This document shows positions 37,601 to 50,200 of a DNA stretch of 64,000 nucleotides, in pieces. Made by a program: the position numbers and the translations under genes. Origin of the DNA: Macrostomum hystrix (lineage: Eukaryota; Animalia; Platyhelminthes). Numbering within the stretch: the stretch's first letter is position 1; each line of letters begins with the position of its first letter. The stretch is taken from NCBI GenBank assembly GCA_950097015.1, contig CATNEN010000039.1:3162001-3226000 (forward strand), written 5' to 3'. A model generated the notes under the pieces. The model worked only from the letters and a program-made list of their open reading frames with translations, did not search any database and was not told the origin of the DNA.

Positions 37601-40600
37601 TGCTCAACCTGCCTATGGACCGAGTCGTTGGCGTGGGACCCAAGCGGGTCAATCGAAAGGGTGAGCATTGATATCTCCGCTTCTGCCCAGTTTCCCATCT
37701 TGTTCTTCCCCTTACCTTCCCTCCAGTCCATTCTATTTCCACCCACACAGTTCCCCTCCCACCCCATCCTGTTCTTCCCCTCCGTTTGTCTCCAACCCCA
37801 TCTTGTTCTTCCCCTCCGTTTCTCTCCAACCCCATCTTGTTCTCCCCCTCCGTTTCTCTCCAACCCCATCTTGTTCTTCCCCTCCGTTTCCCTCCCACTC
37901 CGTCTTGTTCGTCCCCTCCGTTTCCCTCCCACCCCATCGTGTTCTTCCCTCCGTTTCCATCCCACTCCATCTTGTTCTTCCTCTCCGTTTCCGTCCCACA
38001 CCTTCTCCATGCTCCTTGCTTATCTGACCTTCAAACGATACAAAGTCAATCTAAAAAATCCACCCCTGAATCCAGAGAAGGACAAGGTTCGCGGCGGTGG
38101 CGGCAGCGGCCACGGCACGCCGCAGCGTCAGCCGCACCAGCATCGCGGCAGCAGCCGCCTGACTGGACTTGACTCGGCTGCAGCCGCCGGCGGTCGGCAC
38201 ATTGGCGTCGCCGACAGCTTCTCCCTGAACAAGATCGAGGGTGATTTTTTTAAGCCATGATTTTTATTGTAGGAATCTCATGAACAACTAGAGGCATAGT
38301 TCTTAGGTTCGAATCCGCAGCGATGCATCTCTGTTTATCTCCTCAGACAACAGCTCAATCCGGAAGCAGCTCTCGGAGGGCACCCCATCTCCTTCCCAGC
38401 CAACCGCAGCTGCAGCCGCCTCGGTTGGTGCGGCAGGGGCAACGGCAGCCGCAGCCGCCAATCTCATGCCGGCCCCGACCAAAGCCACCCTGCTGATGAC
38501 TGCGGCAGCCGCGGTAGCTACCGCCGCCGCAGCTGCTCCAGGGGGGCACAGCTACTCCGACTCCGAGTCCATCTCGGCTGGCAACACTAGCGAGTTTGGC
38601 AGCCTGCGTCGGCAGCAGCAGCAGCAGCAGCAGTCGCACAGCGGCGGCGCCAACACGCGGGAGACTTCGCTGGAGCCGGCCGGCACCCCCGTCAGCCTCG
38701 GTGGCTTGCGCTGCGCCGCCTCGTCGCTGAGCTCCGAAACTCGGCCGCTAATCGAAGTCGGCGGCGTCGCGGCTTGTTCCGGTCGCGGTCCGTCATCCTC
38801 GCCGCAGTCGCCGGAGACGGCCTCAGAATCTTCGTCGCCTTCGCCAAGGCCGGGGCAGCTTGGCGGCGGCCTTCTGCAGCAGGTGGCGGCATCGACATCT
38901 CCCGCTCTGCTGCCGACGCACTTTGAGTCGCCCCAGTCTTTTGAAGGCGGCTCCGTCAGTGGCGGCAGCTGCCCCCAGCCGTCATCCCTGATGATGGACG
39001 ATGAAGAGGATAATTTTGCGTCAGCTGAGGATGACGATAATGTAAGCACTTTAATCCCTGGAGGCAGGCTGCATTCAACCTGGCTGGCCATTGCTGGAAA
39101 AATCTTGGATTTGGTCGCATTTTGGATCCAAGAGGAATAAGAAAAGAGAGGATGAGGAATATCTAGGATTGGGGATGAGTGGCAGAGCGGTTAACGCGTC
39201 CGCCTATCGCACTAAGGTATCTGAGCTCGATTCCGCGGCGAGGCCATATTCATTTGGGGCGCAGCCGCGAAGAGAATGCTTTGGTGCTTGTCGTGCAATT
39301 TACGCCCTTCAGGGCCAACCTCCCACGCACAGTGAACGCCGCGAACACTGCCTGACGATGTGAAAGTCAGGGCAGATGCACACCTCTGTGGGCGTATGCC
39401 TGCGTACAGTATCTGTGTGCGTTTGTGCTCAGGAGTCAGATAATAATTAATCATTGGTTTACACCTGCCCCTATTGGGCCAGATGTGCAGCTGACAGCAC
39501 AGCCGCAGCTATTGCGCGGCGCATCTAAAGGCTGCGTACGGCTGTTCAGTCCATGGACTGGGGGACGCCACACCCACCCTCAATTTCCCAAGCTTGATGC
39601 AACGCAGAGTTAAGTTTTCTGCCACGAGACACAAATTGTTCAAGTAGAGTCGGGAAACGAACCCCCGATCTTGGTTTCCAACGCTCTAGCCACTAGGCTG
39701 CACCCCCTTCTTAGAGGAGTCATGGGAATAGGCAGGATTGCCTCCGCGTTGGCTGCGGGTCCACTGTCACCAAATGATGTGCCACTGCCCACACCCTCCT
39801 CCAATTATATTAATCAATATTACTATGATAGCAACTTATGCATGCGATGGTCTAAGAGCTAAGCCATTTCTCATGCGCTGACCCAGATCGCCGAAGACTT
39901 CGAGTACAAGCCGACACCCGCCGACTCAGACACGGTGTCCAACCAGTCCACGAATGACGAATACGCCATGCTGGCCAAGGAGCGTCTGGGTCGGCTGCAC
40001 CAGCACCAGCTGTCCTCGCCCTCCGATCATTCCCAATCGGCTGATGTCGCAGCTGTCGGCGATATTGTCAGCGTTGTCGACGTCGGTGTCGGAGGGCCGG
40101 ACGAGCCGCCAGGTTTTTCCGGTCTAGAGGCCGCCGATGCAGCCGCGGCGGCCGCCGCTTCCGCCTCAACAGTGGCCGCTGACGAAGACCTGATCAGCAG
40201 CATGGACACAAAGACTGTCGCGGTTCTCCGTCTGAGTCGTGAGAAGCTGAATAACAGCAGCTGCGAAAATGCCGCTGCATCCGCCGCGCCCCTGGCTCTC
40301 GCTGAGGACACGATGGGCTCGAATTCGGCTGCCGCTGCGATGTCGTCGGCGGCTAATTCGGCTGCGGCTGCGGCGGCGGCGTCGTCAACGACTGTTGCTG
40401 GTGTTGCTGCTACCTCTGGATCGGCTTCAAAGTGCGAGTTTGTTGTGTTTCTCATTTTAGTTCTGAATTAGTGCCTGCCCGGATGCAACTGGAACCAAGG
40501 ACAAAGAAATGCAAAGCGGACAATATCATCCTCAGTCAGTGGGGCGTAGATATTAGAATATAGATTCACACCTAGGCAGAAAACTTGTGGCAAAGCTAAG

Positions 40601-41735
40601 GTACTAAATTAGCGACTCACATTAGTACGTTTTTAAAAGAGATGTCAATAAAGAACTACCCGTGACCGTTACTAGTGTTATAGTAACTACCTATTACCAA
40701 TGCCGCTGTCTTTTACCATTGCCACAGCAGCCAGGCGAGCGGCGGAGGCCACACTCTGTCCTCGGCGCTTCTCTGGCGTCGCATGATTGGTTGCCTAGGC
40801 GACGTGAACGCCATAGAGGATCCGGTCATATTGGCAGATGTCTATAATCACCTGGGCAGCATGCTGGACAAATTGCTCTATTTGCGTCTCAATCAAGAGT
40901 TCGGTCTAGTGCGCCGGGGCTCTCGTAGGTTGCCGCATTCAAGCTGTACATTTGTACTTTTAATTTGTACTCTTCTCGATCACATTTGCCTTTTCACTTC
41001 TGACCCCCTGACAGAGTCCTGCGACTCTGATGACGATTATGTCGACGAAGACAAGGACGACGAAGGTGTCAAATTCAAGGTGGACGAAGACGACGACGAA
41101 AAGGACGCCGCGTGCGACAATGACGGTGATAACGGCAACGGCGGTGACACCCTGACTGCGGCGTCTGTCGCAGCCGGCGGATTGCTTTGCGAGTTAATTC
41201 CGGCAGCCGACGCTGACGCCGACAATGCTGACAACGTGTCCGACCGGCACAACGCCGACAACGACAATGCTGAAGATGCCGACGCTGAGACTGACGATGT
41301 CGCTGATTCCGTCATCGACGCTGGCCGCTCTCGACGAAGTCGACCAGCTAGCTCAACGACATCGCTGCCGTCGATGCTTCGGCGGCCGCGGCGTCGACCG
41401 CCGCGCGGTGCGCCAGCCTTCATCCCGCCTGTGGCGCACATTGTGCCCTGGCTGATCGCCGCCTGTCGCCTGCCACCAGGCCGATTTCAGGAGGCCCGCC
41501 TTCTGGCACTGCGGCTGCTGTGCCGGGCCACTGTTCGACGGCACGACAACGATGTTTCGCCGCAGCACCTGGCGCAGTTCTATTGGATTCTGCACTCGGT
41601 GCTGACTGGGCGGGATCAGTTGGCCGCTGTCTACGAAGTGATGGAGCACGCCGGGCCCAGCTTCTTCAGCGCGCCCCTCCCCTGCTCGCACCTGCTGGCC
41701 CTGGACTTTATCAGGTTGGCTCACAGGGGTTGCGA

Positions 41736-41801
<66 letters not shown>

Positions 41802-44800
41802 TAGATTGTGACCTGATGACTTGAAGGCTTTCGCGCAACCCCCTCCGACAGAGGCGCTGAGCAGATCTGCTCGCAGGCGGCAACACGCGGCAGCAGCACG
41901 GATCCGGCCACCACGACTCGGCGGCTTCGCTGCCGCGTCTCCGCCGTGGCTGCCATCGGGTCCCTGTTGGCCTTTCCTGTCTACTTCGGCGACGCCGCCC
42001 TGGACTATCTGGATCCCGGCGACGCTGACTCGGCGGACGATTCCGCTAGCCGGTCCCACCCGCTGCGGCTCTGCCAGTGTCCGGGGATGGCCGACCGGGT
42101 CGTCCGCGTGCTGACGGGCGTCATCCAGACCGACCCGGCCGAGGACAGCTGCAGCCTGGCCATGTGCAGCCTGGCCCTGTTCGCCTATCAGCTGCTCGCA
42201 GCCAGGTGCTCACCCGAGGAGGAGGCGCTGAACGACCAGTTCTACGTGATTCGAGTTCGCGAGTGCTTCGCCCAGCTGTTGTCGGTGCTGCAGCCGGCAA
42301 CGTCTGCGCATTTTTCATCTGCCAAGCTGGCCGCGGACCTTCTTGCGGTGCTGGCGGATGTGGCCAGCCGCCTGGCCGTCGCCCTGCCGCACATCCATGT
42401 GGATGTTGTGCACGCTCTTGGCGTGGCTGTCCGTCACTGCCTGAAAGTCTTCAGTAAGCGGCCCCACTTGCCCCTTGTTGAGCTCATGATTTAGTTTAGT
42501 CTGCGCTTCTGTTTACTGGTGTCTATTTCAACCATTCCATTTTGTTTCATTCGGTATCTTGTTCACCTGCTTTAACTTATTCACCCATTCACTTGTTTTT
42601 ATTCATTCACATGCTTTCGCTTATTCACCCATTCAGATATTTTCACCCATTCACATGTTTTCACTCATTCACCCATTCAACTGTTTTCACTTTTTCACTC
42701 ATTTCAAATGTTTTCACCATTCACATGCTTTTACTCATTCACACGTTTTCACTCATTCACCTATTCAGATATTTTCACCCATTCACATGGCTTCGCTCAT
42801 TCATATGTTTTCACCCATTCACACGTTTTCACTTATTCACCCATTCACCTGTATTCACTCATTCACCTGTATTCACTCATTCACCCATTCACCTGTATTC
42901 ACTCATTCACCCATTCACCTGTATTCACTCATTCACCCATTCACCTGTATTCACTCATTCACCCATTCACCTGTATTCACTCATTCACCCATTCACCTGT
43001 ATTCACTCATTCACCCATTCACCTGTATTCACTCATTCACCCATTCACCTGTATTCACTCATTCACCCATTCACCTGTATTCACCTCTCTCCTCCCAGAG
43101 CTGGAGCCAAAGTCGGTCATGAGTCCAGCCACCCGCCATCTGCTGTGCAGTCTGGTTGACTGCCTCATCACCTGGTGCATGGTGCTGCCCATGCACAGCC
43201 TAATCGACTATCACGATTCGCATCCGCGCGGCCTGGTCTTCGACGCAATGTCCGTCCTGACCGAGCTGGAGGCCTGCTGGCAGTTCGGCTCGCCGGATGC
43301 CACAGCCAGGCTGGCGTCACTGCGCGCAGCGTCGGCTAAACAGCACCTGGTGAATCACCTGGGCCAGTTTCCCAAGGGCCTGGCCGGCGCCACCAGATTA
43401 GACTGCGGCGTCTCTGAGCAGCACGATTTGGACATTAACCTGGGCGACCTCAGCCAGGAGGTGCTCAACCAGCCCAACACGCAGGTGCGGCATAATTACT
43501 TGTCATCTTGAAAATTATATTTATTTCTTTTCTTACTACTTAAAATAACTTATTCAACTACCAAATTAAAGGTTTCACAACTCACTGTGCCTTGGAGGTT
43601 GGCCCTCAAGGTCGTAAATTACATGACATGCTCCAGGCAGTGTACACTCACTGTGCCTTGGAAGTGGCCCTCAAGGTCGTAAATTACATGACATGCTCCA
43701 AGCCTTCTCTCCTTCTCTCAAGCCCCAAATGAATGTGGCCTCGCCGCAGAATCGAACTCAGGGACCTTAGTGCGAGAGGCCTATGCGTTAACCGCCACTG
43801 ACCCCCTTGCCTTCTCATAGTAGCGTGTGAGCTTGTTAAGCTTTTTTATTGAAGATTTTTAAATGAGTAATGCCACCTTTGATTCGATTTCTTTTACTTG
43901 CGCGTTGAGCATAGCTTGAGTTTCGATGGGTCCTGAATTCGTATCCCCAAAGACTCCACAGCAACTGCCGCCTCGATTCCCACCCGCAGATCATGGCCAT
44001 AGACAGGCGAATGCTGCTCAGCCTGGTAGAGATCAGCGCCCTGCCAAAGCCGGCGGATTCTGTAGCTCCGCTGTCCAGCGCGACCCTGTCCCGTTCGATT
44101 GTGCGCTCGATGTGCGGCAAATTCGTGTGGGACCTCAGCCTGCTCTACTGCCCGGCTACCGGTGGCCAGGCGGCTGTGAACAGCCTGCTAGACAACTTGT
44201 CCCCAGCAACCGTTGTCAAGGCGCTTCCGGATTATCATTCGCGACCACCGTTGCCGATGCCTACTGGAACCAATATTATCGATTCCCATCTATCATCTAC
44301 TGGCAATATTACGATTAGTAGTGGTCAATCTCTAGACAATGAGAGCAGAACAGATGGCGCCGACAGCTGGATTGCTGATGCGGACGATAGCGCGTCATCG
44401 GCTGACTTTCTAGACCAGCTGCTGTTTCACATTGGCGAGACCAGCCCAGAGTGCCTGCTGGTGCCCAATGCCTCGCTCAATGCGCCTGCTGAGGCCAAGT
44501 TAGTCTTGTGACCTGCATGGGTGGGCTGGGCTTTGTGTAGAGTGGGTTGGGGCTGGTGCAGGAGTGGGTGGGGCTGGTGTAGAAGTAAGGTGGGGCTGGT
44601 GTAGGAGTAAGATGGGGCTGGTGTAGGAGTAAGATGGGGCTGGTGTAGAAGGAGTGGGTGGGTCTGGTGTAGGAGTGAGGTGGGGCTGGTGTAGAAGGAG
44701 TGGAGTGGGGCTGGTGTAGAAGGAGTGGGGTGGGTCTGGTGTAGGAGTGAGGTGGGGCTGGTGTAGAAGGAGTGGGGTGGGGTTGGTGTAGAAGGAGTGG

Positions 44801-46994
44801 GGTGGGGCTGGTGTAGGAGTGAGGTGGGGATGGTGTAGAGCTGGTGCAGATGAAGTGGGGTAGGGCTGGTGTAGATGGAGTGGGGTGGGGCTGGTGTAGA
44901 AGGAGTGGGGTGGGGCTGGTGTAGGAGTGAGGTGGGGCTGGTGTAGAAGGAGTGGGGTGGGGCTGGTGTAGAGCTGGTGCAGATGGAGTGGGGTGGGTAT
45001 GGTGCATAAGTTATAGGGCAGAAATGACGTCTGCTCCAGCCAATCAGGGATCATCAGTCCTGACCAACCCTCTACCGATCCGCAGAGATGCCGCCGTCGC
45101 CGCTCAGGAGGAAGAAGCCCGCATCCAGATTGCCACCCAGTACGGGCTCGACAGCGCCCACATTGCTAACACGCGGGACTCCCTGTTGTCCGTGCCCGCC
45201 CAGGAGGCTCCGGCCGCAGTGCAGGATCCGATGAGCCCGTTCTACCAGTGCCGGCACCTGCTCAACCAGCTGGGCTTTCTGGCGTGGGAGCGGAGGGAGC
45301 ACCTGTGCCTGCTGGACAAGACCGCCCAGCTGGCTAGGGAGCTGAAGCACCTGGACAATCTGCCCTGTAGGGAGACTCACAAACTGGCCGTAGTCTACGT
45401 GGCCTACGGACAGGAGGACAAGATCGCCATGTTGTCCAATAGTCGCGGCTCCGAGGCCTTCGAGCGATTCGTTGGCGCGCTGGGATGGGAGGTTTGTGGT
45501 TTTTCCATTATTATTGCAGAATGTCACACCTTCAGGCAGAATGTCACACTATGAGGCAGAATGTCACACCTTCAGGCAGAATGTCACACTATGAGGCAGA
45601 ATGTCACACCTTCAGGCAGAATGTCACACTATCAGGCAGAATGTCACACCTTCAGGCAGAATGTCACACTATCAGGCAGAATGTCACACCTTCAGGCAGA
45701 ATGTCACACTATCAGGCAGAATGTCACACCTTCAGGCAGAATGTCACACTATCAGGCAGAATGTCACACCTTCAGGCAGAATGTCACACCTTCAGGCAGA
45801 ATGTCACACCTTCAGACTCTATCACATCTGCTTCCACTCCGCAGGTGTCACTGTCCAATCACGCTGGTTTCATGGGCGGCTTTCACGCCTCTGGCAAGTG
45901 CGGCACCACCGCGCCCTACTATGCTGACTCAACCTGCGAGATGTTCTTCCACGTCAGCACCAGGATGCCGACTGGCATCGGCTCCGAGGATCTGTTGCGC
46001 AAGACCAAGCACCTGGGCAACGACGAGGTTATGATCGTCTGGTCAGAGCACTCCAGAGATTATCGGCGCGGCGCCATGCCTACGGAATTCGGTGACGTCA
46101 TCATCGTGGTGTACCCGCTGCCGTCCGGCCTCTACAGGGTGGAGATCGATAAGAAGGCCGAGGTGCCGTTCTTCGGGCCGCTTTACACCGGCGCCATGGT
46201 GGCTGAGCCTGTTCTGGCGCCGCTGGTTCGAGCCACCGCCATCGGCGCCAGCCGGGCCATCCGCTCCATCAAGAAGCACTTTGTGAATTAGTGAGTGCTA
46301 TGTGAGGCCGCGCTGAGGATCGACTGCGTGATCTGTGAAGATTGTGTTGATTTTTCACTACCATTGAAGATGTGTGACGAGATTGCAGGTGTGATTGAAG
46401 AGATATGACAAGATATGAAGAGGCGTGTCTAGATTAGAAGAGGTGTGACAAGATAAAGTGAGTGAGTGAGTAAATTATGTGTAAAATTTGTTAAAAAGAA
46501 GTGTGGCAAGGTGTGACAAATTATGAAGTGTTAAAAGCTTGTTTGCAAGCTATCCAATGCGCTGAATTTGCTGTAACTGCAGCTACGAGGAGCGGGCCAA
46601 CTGCCTGGAGGCTCTAATCGACAAATTTAAGCTCAGCGAAGAGACATTCGAGAACTTCGCCAAGGGCTTGTTCGCCCCGATCTCGCCAGAATTTCCACCG
46701 ACCGGCGGCTCGGCCGCGGCCACGGCGCACCATCCGCACGCGGCGCCGGCCTCACTGCTGCTGGATCACGTTGACGGCGGCGGCGGCGCCAGGTCGAAGG
46801 ACGAGCCGCTGCACGTCTCCGTGCACTTGGCCGCCGATGAAGCCGGGCTCAGCCAGCAGCAGCAGCAGCACGCTGACGAGCTTCAGTGTCCGCAGGGCAA
46901 GCTGGGCAGCAAAGGAAGCGGAGGTCAGTACTTGGTGATTCCTGGAAAGTCCCATTCAAATTTTCAGCAAAATTCACTGCGCCTATATGTATAG
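28639..46994 (+). CDS. RALGAPA: Ral GTPase-activating protein subunit alpha (RalGAPA1/2-like; HEAT-like N-terminus, C-terminal RapGAP-type domain)
   Basis: Phase-consistent exons: 28639-28756, 30686-30796, 30909-30958, 31184-31501, 33336-33778, 33894-34677, 35562-35708, 36371-36573, 36856-36958, 37333-37455, 37546-37660, 38076-38240, 38347-39041, 39887-40431, 40728-40924, 41015-41714, 41852-42453, 43099-43484, 43990-44498, 45086-45491, 45845-46290, 46583-46923 (donor) or -46994 (read-through stop). An alternative in-frame ATG lies at 28633. Motifs: [106 protein letters not shown] (catalytic Asn thumb), YYEERA. Confidence 0.92.
29135..29913. mobile_element. Non-autonomous DNA transposon (MITE), Mutator-like
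   Basis: Imperfect TIRs of ~105 bp (29135-~29243 vs ~29803-29913), GG...CC termini, flanking 9-bp direct repeat TTTAAAATA (29126-29134 and 29914-29922), subterminal TTATCCACA repeats, no credible ORF. Confidence 0.75.
29965..30155 (+). mobile_element. Degenerate SINE family 2 copy
   Basis: B-box-like ggggttcaatttctggc, CORE-like tgtgttctttagcatgacacttaactctgc, and agtccataaactgaacagc..tagccttcagat matching the nested copy. Confidence 0.55.
31508..31670 (-). mobile_element. SINE family 1, 3' fragment with (ATT)n tail
   Basis: atttggtgacacta...ctgagcac homology to the other copies; (TAA)n run at ~31511-31527. Confidence 0.65.
31685..33307. repeat. 46-bp intronic minisatellite (GCCCATCCATCTCGGACAGCTGATTATTCAGGCCTTGAATAGACTG), RalGAPA intron 4
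   Basis: Direct reading, more than 30 units. Confidence 0.95.
34900..35385. repeat. Degenerate ~20-bp intronic array (GGTCCTGGGATTTCCCTCAA-like)
   Basis: Direct reading; diverged units. Confidence 0.8.
37690..38000. repeat. Pyrimidine-rich ~34-bp intronic array
   Basis: ccccatcttgttcttcccctccgttt units. Confidence 0.85.
39171..39830 (+). mobile_element. tRNA-derived SINE family 1, full length, interrupted by a family-2 SINE
   Basis: A-box-like GTGGCAGAGCGG and B-box-like GAGCTCGATTCC. Body shared with 26095-26350, 31508-31670 and 43581-43806. Ends in ccctcct followed by an (ATT)n-like tail. Confidence 0.75.
39439..39714 (-). mobile_element. tRNA-derived SINE family 2 nested in SINE family 1
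   Basis: The minus strand shows A-box gcctagtggctagagcg, B-box ggttcgtttccc, CORE-like gtgtctcgtggcagaaaacttaactct, the palindrome CAGTCCATGGACTG and an ATT tail. Flanked by the 8-bp direct repeat AGGAGTCA (39431-39438, 39715-39722). Confidence 0.75.
41737..41800. repeat. (TCTG)n microsatellite in a RalGAPA intron
   Basis: About 16 perfect units. Confidence 0.95.
42540..43087. repeat. 26-bp intronic array (TTCACTCATTCACCCATTCACCTGTA)
   Basis: Degenerate on the left, homogeneous on the right. Confidence 0.9.
43581..43806 (-). mobile_element. SINE family 1, 5' part with an internal ~65-bp tandem duplication
   Basis: Reverse complement reads gtggcggttaacgc..cgcactaaggtccctgagttcgattctgcggcgaggccacattcatttgggg, matching 39180-39260. 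Confidence 0.7.
44520..45000. repeat. G-rich intronic array (GGGGCTGGTGTAGAAGGAGTGGGGT-like)
   Basis: Direct reading. Confidence 0.9.
45517..45816. repeat. 20-bp intronic array (GGCAGAATGTCACACCTTCA) alternating two variants (40-bp dimer)
   Basis: Direct reading; lies in the intron splitting the GAP domain. Confidence 0.95.
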
Positions 46995-47298
46995 AAAAAT
47001 CAATTCATCAAGTGTTTCAAAGCAATGAAATGTGTAGATTGTGTCGGGACCTTGTCTACCTTATTTTTTTAATATATATATTATTTTTTTAGATCCATGA
47101 GTTAGTTTTTTGCCTAATTTAGTTTTGCATTAGTGCGCCATATCATTATTTATAAGAGGCTTGTAGATTGCATTTCTTATATTTTTAATCCAGGGATTAT
47201 GGGATTGTGTACTCCGAAAATATCAAAGCCAACTGAAGACTGTTTGCTTACCAACTATTTGTGTTCAGAAAATTCATAGACCTCCAATTTCGTGTTGC

Positions 47299-50200
47299 AG
47301 ATCAGTCAGTTGATTGAATTGAATTGTGTTGGGGATCGGTCAGTTAATTGACTTGAATTGTGTAGGGGATCGGTCAGTTGATTGACTTGCATTGTGTTGG
47401 GGATCGGTCAGTTAATTCACTTGCATTGTGTTGGGGATCGGTCAGTTAATTCACTTGAATTGTGTAGGGGATCGGTCAGTTAATTGACTTGAATTGTGTT
47501 GGGGATCGGTCAGTTGATTGACTTGAATTGTGTTGGGGATCGGTCAGTTAATTGACTTCAATTGTGTAGGGGATCGGTCAGTTAATTGACTTGAATTGTG
47601 TTGGGGATCGGTCAGTTGATTGACTTGAATTGTGTTGGGGATCGGTCAGTTAATTGACTTGAATTGTGTAGGGGATCGGTCAGTTAATTGACTTGAATTG
47701 TGTAGGGGATCGGTCAGTTAATTGACTTGAATTGTGTTGGGGATCGGTCAGTTAATTGACTTGAATTGTGTTGGGGATCGGTCAGTTAATTCACTTGAAT
47801 TGTGTTGGGGATCGGTCAGTTAATTCACTTGAATTGTGTTGGGGATCGGTCAGTTAATTGGCCTGAATTGTGTAGGGGATCGGTCAGTTAATTGACTTGA
47901 ATTGTGTTGGGGATCGGTCAGTTAATTCACTTGAATTGTGTAGGGGATCGGTCAGTTAATTGACTTGAATTGTGTTGGGGATCGGTCAGTTAATTCACTT
48001 GAATTGTGTTGGGGATCGGTCAGTTAATTGACTTGAATTGTGTAGGGGATCGGTCAGTTAACTGACTTGAATTGTGTTGGGGATCGGTCAGTTATTTGAC
48101 TTGAATTGTGTTGGGGATCGGTCAGTTAATTGACTTGAATTGTGTTGAGGATCGGTCAGTTAATTCACTTGAATTGTGTTGGGGATCGGTCAGTTAATTG
48201 ACTTCAATTGTGTTGGGGATCAGTCAGTTAATTGACTTGAATTGTGTTGGGGATCGGTCAGTTAATTCACTTGAATTGTGTTGGGGATCGGTCAGTTAAT
48301 TCACTTGAATTGTGTTGGGGATCGGTCAGTTAATTGACTTGAATTGTGTTGGGGATCGGTCAGTTAATTGACTTGAATTGTGTAGGGGATCAGTCAGTTA
48401 ATTGGCCTGAATTGTGTTGGGGATCGGTCAGTTAATTGGCCTGAATTGTGTAGGGGATCGGTCAGTTAATTGACTTGAATTGTGTTGGGGATCGGTCAGT
48501 TAATTGACTTGAATTGTGTAGGGGATCGGTCAGTTAATTGACTTGAATTGTGTTGGGGATCGGTCAGTTAATTCACTTGAATTGTGTTGGGGATCGGTCA
48601 GTTAATTGACTTGAATTGTGTAGGGGATCGGTCAGTTAATTCACTTGAATTGTGTTGGGGATCGGTCAGTTAATTGACTTGAATTGTGTTGGGGATCGGT
48701 CAGTTAATTGACTTGAATTGTTTTGGGGATCGGTCAGTTAATTCACTTGAATTGTGTTGGGGATCGGTCAGTTAATTGACTTTAATTGTGTTGGGGATCG
48801 GTCAGTTAATTGACTTCAATTGTGTTGGGGATTTGTCAGTTAATTGACTTGAATTGTGTTGGGGATCGGTCAGTTAATTCACTTGAATTGTGTTGGGGAT
48901 CGGTCAGTTAATTCACTTGAATTGTGTTGGGGATCGGTCAGTTAATTGACTTGAATTGTGTTGGGGATCGGTCAGTTAATTGACTTGAATTGTGTTGGGG
49001 ATCGGTCAGTTAATTCACTTGAATTGTGTAGGGGATCGGTCAGTTAATTGGCCTGAATTGTGTTGGGGATCGGTCAGTTAATTGGCCTGAATTGTGTAGG
49101 GGATCGGTCAGTTAATTGACTTGAATTGTGTAGGGGATCAGTCAGTTAATTGACTTGAATTTTGTAGGGGATCGGTCAGTTAATTGACTTGAATTGTGTA
49201 GGGGATCGGTCAGTTAATTGACTTGAATTGTGTAGGGGATCGGTCAGTTAATTCACTTGAATTGTGTAGGGGATCGGTCAGTTAATTGACTTGAATTGTG
49301 TTGGGGATCGGTCAGTTAATTCACTTGAATTGTGTTGGGGATCGGTCAGTTAATTCACTTGAATTGTGTTGGGGATCGGTCAGTTAATTGGCCTGAATTG
49401 TGTAGGGGATCGGTCAGTTAATTGACTTGAATTGTGTTGGGGATCGGTCAGTTAATTCACTTGAATTGTGTTGGGGATCGGTCAGTTAATTCACTTGCAT
49501 TGTGTTAGGGATCGGTCAGTTAATTCACTTGAATTGTGTAGGAGATCGGTCAGTTAATTCACTTGAATTGTGTTGGGGATCGATCAGTTAATTCACTTGC
49601 ATTGTGTTGGGGATCGGTCAGTTAATTCACTTGAATTGTGTAGGAGATCGGTCAGTTAATTGACTTGAATTGTGTTGGGGATCGGTCAGTTAATTCACTT
49701 GCATTGTGTTGGGGATCGGTCAGTTAATTCACTTGAATTTTGTTGGGGATCGGTCAGTTAATTCACTTGCATTGTGTTGGGGATCGGTCAGTTAATTCAC
49801 TTGCATTGTGTTGGGGATCGGTCAGTTAATTCACTTGAATTGTGTAGGAGATCGGTCAGTTAATTGACTTGAATTGTGTTGGGGATCGGTCAGTTAATTC
49901 ACTTGCATTGTGTTGGGGATCGGTCAGTTAATTCACTTGCATTGTGTTGGGGATCGGTCAGTTAATTCACTTGAATTGTGTAGGGGATCGGTCAGTTAAT
50001 TGACTTGAATTGTGTTGGGGATCGGTCAGTTAATTCACTTGCATTGTGTTGGGGATCGGTCAGTTAATTGACTTGCATTGTGTTGGGGATCGGTCAGTTA
50101 ATTGACTTGAATTGTGTTGGGGATCGGTCAGTTAATTCACTTGAATTGTGTAGGGGATCGGTCAGTTAATTGACCTGAATTGTGTAGGGGATCGGTCAGT

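Noticed and set aside
39345-39375. ctgacga..gaaa resembling a hammerhead ribozyme core in SINE family 1
   Set aside because: No stem II, it forms a simple cctgac/gtcagg hairpin, and GAAA is absent in the 26.2-kb copy.
38552-41886. Antisense and alternative-frame ORFs over RalGAPA and TMEM132 exons
   Set aside because: Shadow ORFs of GC-rich coding exons with no independent evidence.
45086-46290. TSC2/tuberin or Rap1GAP assignment
   Set aside because: They share the RapGAP-type domain, but the N-terminal motifs ([25 protein letters not shown]) match RalGAP alpha.
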